From Candidatus Pacearchaeota archaeon CG10_big_fil_rev_8_21_14_0_10_30_48 (GTDB lineage Archaea > Nanobdellota > Nanobdellia > Pacearchaeales > GW2011-AR1), in NCBI GenBank assembly GCA_002763155.1, contig PFCU01000048.1, positions 1 to 36,699 of the forward strand: a stretch of DNA of 36,699 nt, in the 5' to 3' direction. Below are positions 28,154-36,366 of this stretch, piece after piece. How positions within the stretch are numbered: position 1 is the stretch's first letter; each line of letters begins with the position of its first letter. The notes under the pieces were generated by a model. It worked only from the letters and a program-made list of their open reading frames with translations, searched no databases and had not been told where the DNA came from. Position numbers and translations under genes: made by a program.

Positions 28154-28827
28154 AAAGGAATGTCAGTCAATATGTAACTCTTTGAAATTTTATTAACTAG
28201 TTTTGTAGGGCATTGATTTGTTAAGAGATTTTTCCTTTTGAAATTTTTGAAGGCTTTTTGTTTTCCTTCTCCAAAAAATAGTAATAAAGCAACTTGTGAT
28301 TTTTCTAATAGTTTTCTTGAAGCAGACATTCTTTTTTTAGGAGGTTTTGGAGAGTTGTCAAAGACAATAAAATTCTCCTCTTTATTTTTTATTGTTAAAT
28401 TCGGGAAAAGGCCGGCGACATGACTATCTTCTCCCGAGCTTAAAAGAATTATATTGAATTTCCCCCCATACTCTTTTAGTTCACTTTTGTAATTTTCAAT
28501 TGGTTTTGTGTAGTCATAAGGGTGAATATTTCTAGGATTTATTTTTTTTGTTTTTAGTAAATATTCAAATAAAGAATCATTTGCTAGTTTGAAATTACTT
28601 TTATTGTTTTTTATTGGAACTCTGCGTTCATCTATCATAAAGAAATGAATTTTGTTCCAAGAAATTTGTTTGTTCCTTAGGTTTTTTAGTATTGCTGAAA
28701 CACTTGTGCCTCCGACAATACCTAAGACAAGAAATGGTTGTTTGTTTAGCAAGATGGTGATTTCTTTTTCTATGATTTCAGATGCTTGTTTTTCTAGGTT
28801 TTGACGAGGAGCAGTTATTATTTTCAT
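28150..28827 (-). CDS. pgl: 6-phosphogluconolactonase
   Basis: VGGTS, DERRVP, SNF, GEDSHVAGLFP, SPKPPKKRMS. Confidence 0.88.
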   Translation of the reverse strand: MKIITAPRQNLEKQASEIIEKEITILLNKQPFLVLGIVGGTSVSAILKNLRNKQISWNKIHFFMIDERRVPIKNNKSNFKLANDSLFEYLLKTKKINPRNIHPYDYTKPIENYKSELKEYGGKFNIILLSSGEDSHVAGLFPNLTIKNKEENFIVFDNSPKPPKKRMSASRKLLEKSQVALLLFFGEGKQKAFKNFKRKNLLTNQCPTKLVNKISKSYILTDIPF

Positions 28828-29072
28828 TTCAACCTAACCTTCAATTTATTTAACCTATTTCTATACTCTTCGATAATTCTTTCATTTAAATCTAAAACAT
28901 CTAATTTTCTTTCAAGAGCAAAAATTAAACTTTTATCAAGTTCTTTAAAATGATATCTTCCCATTTCTAAATTCCCTTCTTCAATATCTTTTTCAAGTTT
29001 TAAAAAATGCTTTTCTATTTCTTCTTTTAAACTTTCAATTCCCTTTTCTAATCTTTTAATTCTTTTAGCCAT
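28824..29072 (-). CDS. Small helical hypothetical protein, partner of the upstream nucleotidyltransferase
   Basis: 82-aa coiled-coil-like ORF overlapping both neighbours. Confidence 0.65.
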   Translation of the reverse strand: MAKRIKRLEKGIESLKEEIEKHFLKLEKDIEEGNLEMGRYHFKELDKSLIFALERKLDVLDLNERIIEEYRNRLNKLKVRLK

Positions 29073-29797
29073 TTTTTTGAAAGCTCGATTAGTTTACAAG
29101 CTTCACTATAAGATAAATCATTTATTTCCTTTCTTTCTCTCTTAACTCTTGAATAAGCAAAATAAGCGTTTTCTCCAATATATTTCAAAAGTTCTTTTTT
29201 TGAAGGAGTTTTATTTCTTAGTAAACATTTAGCGTAATAAATTTCTCTAAGTCTAAGAATAATTGAGTAAATTGTCGCATCTGGCACATTTTTATTTGTA
29301 ATTTTCAAATCTTCTAAAACACTTTCGTTAATTTTTATAACACCTTTAACTTCATCAATAAATTTTTTTAAATTTAGATTAATCTTAGTTTCTCTATATT
29401 TTTCAATAAGTTCTGAATTTAAGATAACTATCGCTTCTCTAAGAGTGGATAATCTATAAATGTTAGACTCTAAATTCCTAGAAAAGTTGTCCTCGGAGAT
29501 CATGTTAATTTCGTAACCCAAATAATCAATTAATTTATTGGTCTTTTTAGTTAAAATTAGGATATCTACATCGCTATCGCTAGATTCTTCATCTCTTGCA
29601 TAACTGCCGATTAAATAAATTCCCTTGACTTCGTTTAGAAGATTTTTTTCCACTAGAAAATTAATTATCTCTTTTGTTATATTTTCAATATTTTTTTCTT
29701 CTAAGGTTACAACTACTCTTTTATTTAGCCATGATCTAGGTAAAAGAACACCTGCAGAAGTACCTACAGCTCTTGTTTTTTTAGTTATAGTTTCCAT
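29048..29797 (-). CDS. Minimal nucleotidyltransferase (Pol-beta superfamily) with N-terminal DUF2080/AbrB-like domain
   Basis: N-terminal VGTSAGVLLPRSWLNKRVVV; GIYLIGSYAR...SDVDILI NTase motif. Confidence 0.85.
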   Translation of the reverse strand: METITKKTRAVGTSAGVLLPRSWLNKRVVVTLEEKNIENITKEIINFLVEKNLLNEVKGIYLIGSYARDEESSDSDVDILILTKKTNKLIDYLGYEINMISEDNFSRNLESNIYRLSTLREAIVILNSELIEKYRETKINLNLKKFIDEVKGVIKINESVLEDLKITNKNVPDATIYSIILRLREIYYAKCLLRNKTPSKKELLKYIGENAYFAYSRVKRERKEINDLSYSEACKLIELSKKWLKELKD

Positions 29798-29819
29798 ACA
29801 TTATAATGTATTATAATGT
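29796..29819. promoter_or_regulatory. Palindromic operator-like site between TATA box and start of the nucleotidyltransferase gene
   Basis: Perfect 16-bp palindrome ATACATTATAATGTAT (29796-29811) and tandem ATTATAATGT x2 (29800-29819); TTTAAA at 29821-29826. Confidence 0.55.
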
Positions 29820-29831
29820 TTTTAAAGTTTT

Positions 29832-30488
29832 TCATTCCCTTTCCTTATCAATAACACACTGGATTGCTCCGAGAAAATCTTTTGCGATGAAAACTTGCTT
29901 AGGATATTTGTTTTTCAAATCTTTTACTTTCTCTAATTCTTCTAAATTCTTTTCGAAAGGCACTAAAATCCCGACACCTTTTGCATTTAATGCAGTCAAT
30001 ATATCACTTTCTCTATCTCCAATAACATAAATATAGGTGTTTTTCTTGTCGAGTTTTTTCTTTGCTAAAGCGTCTTCAATCATTCCAATATTTGGTTTGA
30101 AACAATTACATTCTTTTTGAACATATTTCTTATCAAAATTGTATTCTGGATGTTTTTTTACATAGTCTAAACTTACATGAGGACAAATTATACAACCATC
30201 AAAAAACGCCCCTTTTCGTTTGAATATTAATGCAACCTCCTTACAAACATCATTTGCCCTCTTTAACGTAAGGCGTTTAAAATCTTGAATTGCTACTCCT
30301 GGTTGATTTGAAAGAATAAATCTGCAAATGCAATTTGGAAATGTTTTATCTAAGAGTTTCATTCCTTCGACGATCTTTGGAAGAATTTTCACTTTTGATT
30401 TCCAATAGTTGTCCTTACCTAAAAAATAATGGTCATCATAAATCAAAGTTCCATCTCTATCAACACATAAAAGAATATTATGTTCCAT
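29832..30488 (-). CDS. HAD-IIIA phosphatase (GmhB/histidinol-phosphatase-like)
   Basis: DRDGTL, SNQPGV, CPH...CNCFKPNIGM, IGDRESD. Confidence 0.88.
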   Translation of the reverse strand: MEHNILLCVDRDGTLIYDDHYFLGKDNYWKSKVKILPKIVEGMKLLDKTFPNCICRFILSNQPGVAIQDFKRLTLKRANDVCKEVALIFKRKGAFFDGCIICPHVSLDYVKKHPEYNFDKKYVQKECNCFKPNIGMIEDALAKKKLDKKNTYIYVIGDRESDILTALNAKGVGILVPFEKNLEELEKVKDLKNKYPKQVFIAKDFLGAIQCVIDKERE

Positions 30489-30720
30489 AAATTATTAGAG
30501 AATTAAGGTTTTTAAAATTGTGGTTGGGTGACCTGTAAAAGATTTTCATTTAAATTCCAATTAAGTATAGTGAGGAAAAAGCCCGAAAATGTAACATTTC
30601 GACGAATACTACGAGAAGAGTTGCGATACGGTATTTAGTTGTATCTTATAAGTGGTAACAGATAGAAAAGTTTATAAATAACAAAAGCATTAAATAATTA
30701 TAAAATAAGGTAAAAAGAAA

Positions 30721-31296
30721 ATGACAAACGAACAACGAACACAAAAAATAGAAACTATTATTGGGACAATTGGATTTGCCAATGAAGATGAGTTATCTCT
30801 TCCATATGCTCCAGAAAGTTTCAAAAGATATGAGTTTGATCAAGAATTTAAGGGTAAATTCCTTTATATTCCAACTTCTGAGAGGGAAATTTTTATAGCA
30901 CTAGACGGGAGAATTCAAGGAGAATCTGGCTACGAAATAAGTTTAGAAGCAAGAAAAATTCAACATGAAAGAATAAAAGAATTTCTTACTCATCTGCATT
31001 CAGAAACAGAACAATTAATGCCTTCTGCAGGAGGATACTGTACAATAATCCCTGAAAAAAACTTCTTGGCCTTCTTTGGAACAACAATAAGATATCAAAA
31101 AGGAATTGATGAAATGAAAGATGGACTTGTTGCTAGAGAAATAAATCAAGAATCTGGTGGACTAATACACCGAGTTTTACCTTTGAAAGGTCAAATGGAA
31201 TTAGCAAAAGAAATACAAGAAATATCCCTTGATGAAAATGGAGAACCTTATGTTAAACTTGATTTCTCTGGAAGTGTTAGGAGATTAAAATGTTAA
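30721..31296 (+). CDS. Hypothetical protein
   Basis: 191-aa ORF; no recognised motif. Confidence 0.7.
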   Translation: MTNEQRTQKIETIIGTIGFANEDELSLPYAPESFKRYEFDQEFKGKFLYIPTSEREIFIALDGRIQGESGYEISLEARKIQHERIKEFLTHLHSETEQLMPSAGGYCTIIPEKNFLAFFGTTIRYQKGIDEMKDGLVAREINQESGGLIHRVLPLKGQMELAKEIQEISLDENGEPYVKLDFSGSVRRLKC

Positions 31297-31366
31297 ATCA
31301 TATTAAATACAAAAGAGTGCCAGCAGAGGGCAGAAAACTACTGCAAATGCAAGGAGGTATGAAAAA

Positions 31367-31855
31367 ATGACAATAAATAAAATACTGTATGTAGATGATA
31401 GTTTTGAAAATGGAATGACTGCCATGACTACAGACCCTAGAATTGATTTTGCTTCAGGTATTCAATTAATAGAAAGACCGCTTCAAGATTATGATTGTAT
31501 AATCACAGATATGCAAATGGAACATGCAGAAAGTGGAATGGAATTAGTTGAAAGAGCATTAAGGGAAGGAAAATTACCTTATGTTGCTACTGGTGGAACT
31601 TATGAACATGGAGGAACTTTTAATAGAGTCAAACTATTCGATTCTGTAGACGTCAAAATATTTGATAAGATGACTAAAACAGACGATAGATTTTGGAGAG
31701 AAGCTCTTGCCTATATAGATCAAAAAGATGGTCAAGTAACACAGATGGCTTTAAGAAAAATAAAAGAAACCTTAGGACTTATTCCAGAAAATCAAATTGA
31801 AATGTTAATGGATTTTTATAGGGCTAATTATAACTTAAAAGAAGAAATAAAATAA
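31367..31855 (+). CDS. Receiver (CheY-like) domain protein, orphan
   Basis: KILYVDD, YDCIITDMQM, SGMELV, VATGG; AAGGAGGT 8 nt upstream. Confidence 0.75.
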   Translation: MTINKILYVDDSFENGMTAMTTDPRIDFASGIQLIERPLQDYDCIITDMQMEHAESGMELVERALREGKLPYVATGGTYEHGGTFNRVKLFDSVDVKIFDKMTKTDDRFWREALAYIDQKDGQVTQMALRKIKETLGLIPENQIEMLMDFYRANYNLKEEIK

Positions 31856-31864
31856 ATAGTTTAT

Positions 31865-31895
31865 GGCTCCATTTGGAGTCTTTTTTTCTTTTTTT
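31865..31895 (+). terminator. Hairpin plus poly-T terminator
   Basis: GGCTCC-ATTT-GGAGTC followed by TTTTTTTCTTTTTTT, 10 nt after the stop. Confidence 0.6.
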
Positions 31896-31954
31896 CTATC
31901 TATTTTTAGTATGAATGAACTTTTGATTTTTCAATATAATTCTTAGTTAAGATT

Positions 31955-33775
31955 TCAAATCCCCTCAACACCCTTTACAATCGCGCTAGAATCTATTTTG
32001 TATTTTTTTAGTAACTCCTCTTTTGTTCCAGAATGTGGAATTTCTGATACATAAAGGTGTTTTATTTTTATATTTGTATTTTCCAATTCTTCTGCAAGCA
32101 TTTCTCCGATTCCACCTTCTTGATAATGGTCTTCACTAATTACAATTTTATTTCCGTGTTTTTTTATAAAATCAATTAATTTTTTTGAATTGAAAGGTTT
32201 TATACAATACAAATCCACGACAGCAACATTGAAATTTTTTTTCATTAGATTTTTATGAGCTTCAAGAGATTCATGTAAGGTAATTCCTGCACCAATAATT
32301 ACTCCTTTGTCTTTCTTTGATTCTTTTAATATTTTAAAATCTCCAATAGGAAATTTTTCATTGTTAGCATAAATCACTTGTGTTTTCGGACGAGTTGTTC
32401 TGATGTAAGTTATTCCTTTATTTTTAGAAGCAAGTTTTGTTAATTCTTTTGTTGAAACAGCATCGCTTGGATAAAAGATTGTAGAGTTGGGTAAACTTCT
32501 AAACATTGAAATATCTTCTAAACCCATTTGAGATGCTCCATCTTCACCTATTGAAACACCTGCATGAGAACCACAAATAGTGAAATCTGCCGACGATAAT
32601 GAAGCCATACGAATTTGGTCATGAGCTCGTGTTAAAAATGTTGCAAAAGTTGAAGCAAATGGTTTGAATCCCTTAACACTTAAACCTAATGCAATTCCAA
32701 TTAAATTTTGCTCTGCAATGAATGTTTCAATGAACTGGCGAGGAGTTCTTTTTTTTACTTCTTCACTTCGAGTAGAATTTGAAACTTCAGCGTCTATTGC
32801 AATTATCTTATTATTTAAAATTGCTAAATTTGCTAAGGTTTCTCCATACGCTTCACGAGTTGCAATTTCTTTTCCAAAAGAATAATTCAAAGGTTTTGAA
32901 GATAAGTATTTTATTTTTATTTCATTCATTTTTATTGGTTTTTTTATTTTTATCTTCGGCATTGAAACATGAGGTAATTCATCTAAAGCTTGATGTAAAT
33001 GTCGATTATCCATAACGCGTCCATGCCAGTTTTCTTTATTTTCTAAAAATGAAACTCCTTTTCCCTTGAAAGTTTTTGCAATTATGCAAGTTGGCTTTTG
33101 CGATTTTTTTGAGTTTAATAATGCTTTAATGAGTTGATTAATATTGTGGCCGTCAACAACTAAAGTATTCCATCCAAAACTTTGTATTCTTTTTTTATAT
33201 GTTTTAACGTCGTGGCCTAACATTGTTTGTCCTCTTTGTCCTAAACGATTTGCGTCGATAATTGCACAGAGGTTGTTTAATTTGTAATGAGATGCTAATT
33301 GAAACGCTTCCCAAACACTTCCTTCAGATGTTTCAGAATCTCCCATTAAGACAAATATTCTAAATTTACGCCCTTGTAATTTTGATGCAAAAGCCATTCC
33401 GATTCCGACTGAAAGTCCTTGACCTAAAGAACCAGTTGCAACTTTTATTTGAGAAAGTGATTTTGGCATTGGGTGTCCTTCTAAAGGAGAGTTTAATTTT
33501 CTTAAGTTATTTAGATTATGTTTTATTGCGCCAGAACGATAAAGAGCAGAGTAAAGAATTGGCGATGCGTGACCCTTAGATAAAATAAATTCGTCGTTAT
33601 CTGGGTTTTTTGAATCTTTAATGTCCCAAACCATTTCATGAAAAAATAAACAAGAAAGAATTTCAGCACAAGAAAAACAAGATGTTAAATGGCCACTTCC
33701 AGAATTAGTTGTCATGATTGCTACATCTCTTCGAAGAACATTTGCTATGTCTGAAAGTTGTTTTTTAGTTACCAT
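31955..33775 (-). CDS. tkt: Transketolase (single chain)
   Basis: SGHLTS, LSKGHA, EGHP, TGSLGQG, GDSETSEG TPP motif, IAEQN, GEDGASQ, YIRTTR. Confidence 0.95.
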   Translation of the reverse strand: MVTKKQLSDIANVLRRDVAIMTTNSGSGHLTSCFSCAEILSCLFFHEMVWDIKDSKNPDNDEFILSKGHASPILYSALYRSGAIKHNLNNLRKLNSPLEGHPMPKSLSQIKVATGSLGQGLSVGIGMAFASKLQGRKFRIFVLMGDSETSEGSVWEAFQLASHYKLNNLCAIIDANRLGQRGQTMLGHDVKTYKKRIQSFGWNTLVVDGHNINQLIKALLNSKKSQKPTCIIAKTFKGKGVSFLENKENWHGRVMDNRHLHQALDELPHVSMPKIKIKKPIKMNEIKIKYLSSKPLNYSFGKEIATREAYGETLANLAILNNKIIAIDAEVSNSTRSEEVKKRTPRQFIETFIAEQNLIGIALGLSVKGFKPFASTFATFLTRAHDQIRMASLSSADFTICGSHAGVSIGEDGASQMGLEDISMFRSLPNSTIFYPSDAVSTKELTKLASKNKGITYIRTTRPKTQVIYANNEKFPIGDFKILKESKKDKGVIIGAGITLHESLEAHKNLMKKNFNVAVVDLYCIKPFNSKKLIDFIKKHGNKIVISEDHYQEGGIGEMLAEELENTNIKIKHLYVSEIPHSGTKEELLKKYKIDSSAIVKGVEGI

Positions 33776-33850
33776 CTCTAATAAGGAATCTTAAGGAATA
33801 TAAAAAGTTATTGATTAAGTTTTTATATTAAGATTGGTTAAAATAAGGAT

Positions 33851-35146
33851 ATGACAAAAGAAGCATTAACCTTTATTATTTTTGGAGGAACAGGCGATTT
33901 AGCTAAGAGGAAGTTGGCTCCTGCGTTTTCAGAGCTTATTCATGAAGGAGTTGTAAAAAAAGGTTCAACTTTAATAGGAATTTCCAGAGAAAATTTAAGT
34001 GATGAGGATTATAAACATTTTTTAATTAAAAGTGTTAAAGATGTAAAGGAGAAGCACCATTTAGAAGAAATTAATATAAAACACTTGAGAATTGATTTTT
34101 CAAAATCGAAAAATATAGAACAACTTTCTGAAGCTTTACCTTCTTGTGAAGTTGAAGGATGTAATCGGGTTTATTATTTGGCGACTAGTTATAAACTATT
34201 TCCTAAAATTCTTGAGGGATTAAAAAAATTTAAATTAATTTCAAAAAAAGATATTTTCAATCGAATTGTTTTTGAGAAACCATTTGGAGAAAATTTAAAA
34301 TCGAGCGATGCTCTTGAAAAAAAAATCCATAAAATTGTTGATGAAAAAAATGTTTTTAGAATTGATCATTATTTAGGTAAAGAATCTGTTCAAAATATCA
34401 TTGCCTTAAAATTTGGAAGTAAAGGATTTCAACATTTAATAGACAACGAACATATAGAACAAATTAATGTAATTATCGATGAGACTTTAGGAGTTGGAAA
34501 TCGTCTTAGTTATTATAATGATTTTGGAGCGATTAAAGATATGATTCAAAATCATTTGTTACAATTATTAGCTTTGTTATTAATGGATAAACCTAAAGAA
34601 CTTATTTCAGAAAAAATTCACGACGAGAAAGTTAAAATATTAAAAGAGATATCCTTTTCAAATGTTGAAAATAGTTTATTAGGCCAGTATAAAAGTTATA
34701 AAGAAGAATTAAAAGAAAGAAAATTAAAAAGAAAGAAAACTGAAACTTTTGCTAAAATTGAGCTGAATTGTAATAATGAAAAATACAAAGGTGTGAAAAT
34801 ATTTTTAAGAACTGGAAAAAAATTGCCTCATAGATATGGTAAAATTATTATTGATTTTAAAAATCCACAAAATAAAATTATTATCAATTTACAACCAAAT
34901 GAAGATATAGAGATTATTATTGATGGTAAAAAACTTGATAAAATAGATCTTTGTCCGGATTGCAAATTTTCTCCTAATTCGCGTGATGCTTATGAAGTTT
35001 TGTTAAAAGAAATAATTAATGATAAAAGAAATTTATTTGTTAGAAGAGACGAAATTCATGAAGCTTGGAGAATTGTTGATGAAATAGTTAGGAAGAAAAA
35101 GGAAATTCCTTTTGTGATTTATGAAGATTGTTCTAATCCCTCATAA
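33851..35146 (+). CDS. zwf: Glucose-6-phosphate 1-dehydrogenase (bacterial type)
   Basis: GGTGDLA, EKPFG, RIDHYLGKE, DMIQNHLLQ, LRTGK. Confidence 0.95.
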   Translation: MTKEALTFIIFGGTGDLAKRKLAPAFSELIHEGVVKKGSTLIGISRENLSDEDYKHFLIKSVKDVKEKHHLEEINIKHLRIDFSKSKNIEQLSEALPSCEVEGCNRVYYLATSYKLFPKILEGLKKFKLISKKDIFNRIVFEKPFGENLKSSDALEKKIHKIVDEKNVFRIDHYLGKESVQNIIALKFGSKGFQHLIDNEHIEQINVIIDETLGVGNRLSYYNDFGAIKDMIQNHLLQLLALLLMDKPKELISEKIHDEKVKILKEISFSNVENSLLGQYKSYKEELKERKLKRKKTETFAKIELNCNNEKYKGVKIFLRTGKKLPHRYGKIIIDFKNPQNKIIINLQPNEDIEIIIDGKKLDKIDLCPDCKFSPNSRDAYEVLLKEIINDKRNLFVRRDEIHEAWRIVDEIVRKKKEIPFVIYEDCSNPS

Positions 35147-35615
35147 ATTCTTCAATAATTTCCTTATTTCGTACTTCTGGATGGAATAATATTCCTTGGA
35201 ATGGTTTTGATTTGTGTTTCATTTGATTTTTATTTTTTGAATATGTAAATTCATTTGAGTTTACTAAGTAGTGATGTAAATGATATTCGTTATCGATTAA
35301 TCCTATTTGTTTATTCTTTTGGATTTTTCCGTCGTAAATTAGCCCTAAAATATGCATTCCTCCGCAAATTCCCAGTATTGGTTTGTTGAAATTTTTAATC
35401 CAATTGAAATTATCTATGTGTTTGAGAAATTCATTATCTTTCAAAGAAGTTCCGCAAATAATTATTTTTGAAGCTTTTTCTAAATCATTTTTAGTTATTT
35501 TCTTATAATGTTTTGTTTCGAATTTAATTTTGTTTTTTATTAAAATATCTTCGATAGGTTTTACAAATTCGAAATAGTGGAGTTTTTCGTTGCAGATGTT
35601 TATTATGAGAATCAT
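35133..35615 (-). CDS. Class I glutamine amidotransferase, stand-alone
   Basis: PILGICGG nucleophile elbow and FHPE complete the Cys-His-Glu triad; start moved to ATG 35615 (MILIINIC), which overlaps the dph6 stop. Confidence 0.85.
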   Translation of the reverse strand: MILIINICNEKLHYFEFVKPIEDILIKNKIKFETKHYKKITKNDLEKASKIIICGTSLKDNEFLKHIDNFNWIKNFNKPILGICGGMHILGLIYDGKIQKNKQIGLIDNEYHLHHYLVNSNEFTYSKNKNQMKHKSKPFQGILFHPEVRNKEIIEEFMRD

Positions 35616-36226
35616 TTTAAAGACAATTCCTTTTTGAACAAAGGACAATTTGTTACAAGAGTTTCAAACTCTCCACCTTCACCGGCAGGATTTATTTTGT
35701 ATTTTTCTTTTAGAGTAATTAATTCTTTAATTAAATTTTTATCAAGCTTTTTTCCGATATGTGAATCATTAAAGCCTTCGGCCGCAACTTTTGTTATGAT
35801 GACTTCAAATTTATTTTTTATTAATTCATTAAGTAATTCAATTTGGTTTTTTTGCCAGAGAGGGTTGAAACATTCAATGTTAAGTTTATCACAAATTTTT
35901 TGGATCCGAGATGCTTGATAGATTGATTCAACTGCTCCGGTAATTATTCCTTCAATTTTGTATTCCTTGATTGCTTTTTTGATTGCTTTTTCTAAATCTT
36001 CTAATTCTATTTCTTTTTCTCCGTTAGTTATTTGAGAAATTATTGGAATATTCATTAGTTTCGCTTGTTCTTTTGTAAGTTCTATTTTTGGGGTGTGAAA
36101 CATATAGCTGTCTTGATTTTTTGATTCAATAGAAATTAAACAGGAAATGGTATATCCTTGTTCTTTTGCCAGAGATGTTGCATAGGTTGAGTCTTTTCCG
36201 CCGGAAAATAATGTTGCTAGTTTCAT
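35612..36226 (-). CDS. dph6: Diphthine--ammonia ligase
   Basis: FSGGKDS PP-loop, SYMFH, GAVESIYQ, PLWQ, AGEGGEFETLV. Confidence 0.93.
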   Translation of the reverse strand: MKLATLFSGGKDSTYATSLAKEQGYTISCLISIESKNQDSYMFHTPKIELTKEQAKLMNIPIISQITNGEKEIELEDLEKAIKKAIKEYKIEGIITGAVESIYQASRIQKICDKLNIECFNPLWQKNQIELLNELIKNKFEVIITKVAAEGFNDSHIGKKLDKNLIKELITLKEKYKINPAGEGGEFETLVTNCPLFKKELSLK

Positions 36227-36366
36227 TTATATTTAAGGAAATTTGGATTTTTAAACCAAACGTTATGTCTAAACCTATTTTTCTAATCTCAACTTTATAA
36301 TTTCTTTGCCATCAATTTTCTTTTTATATAGTTTAGTTATCATAAAACCATTTTTTAGAAAATTAG

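Noticed and set aside
30560..30660. Possible ncRNA or tRNA in the long intergenic region
   Set aside because: No cloverleaf or strong stems recognisable.
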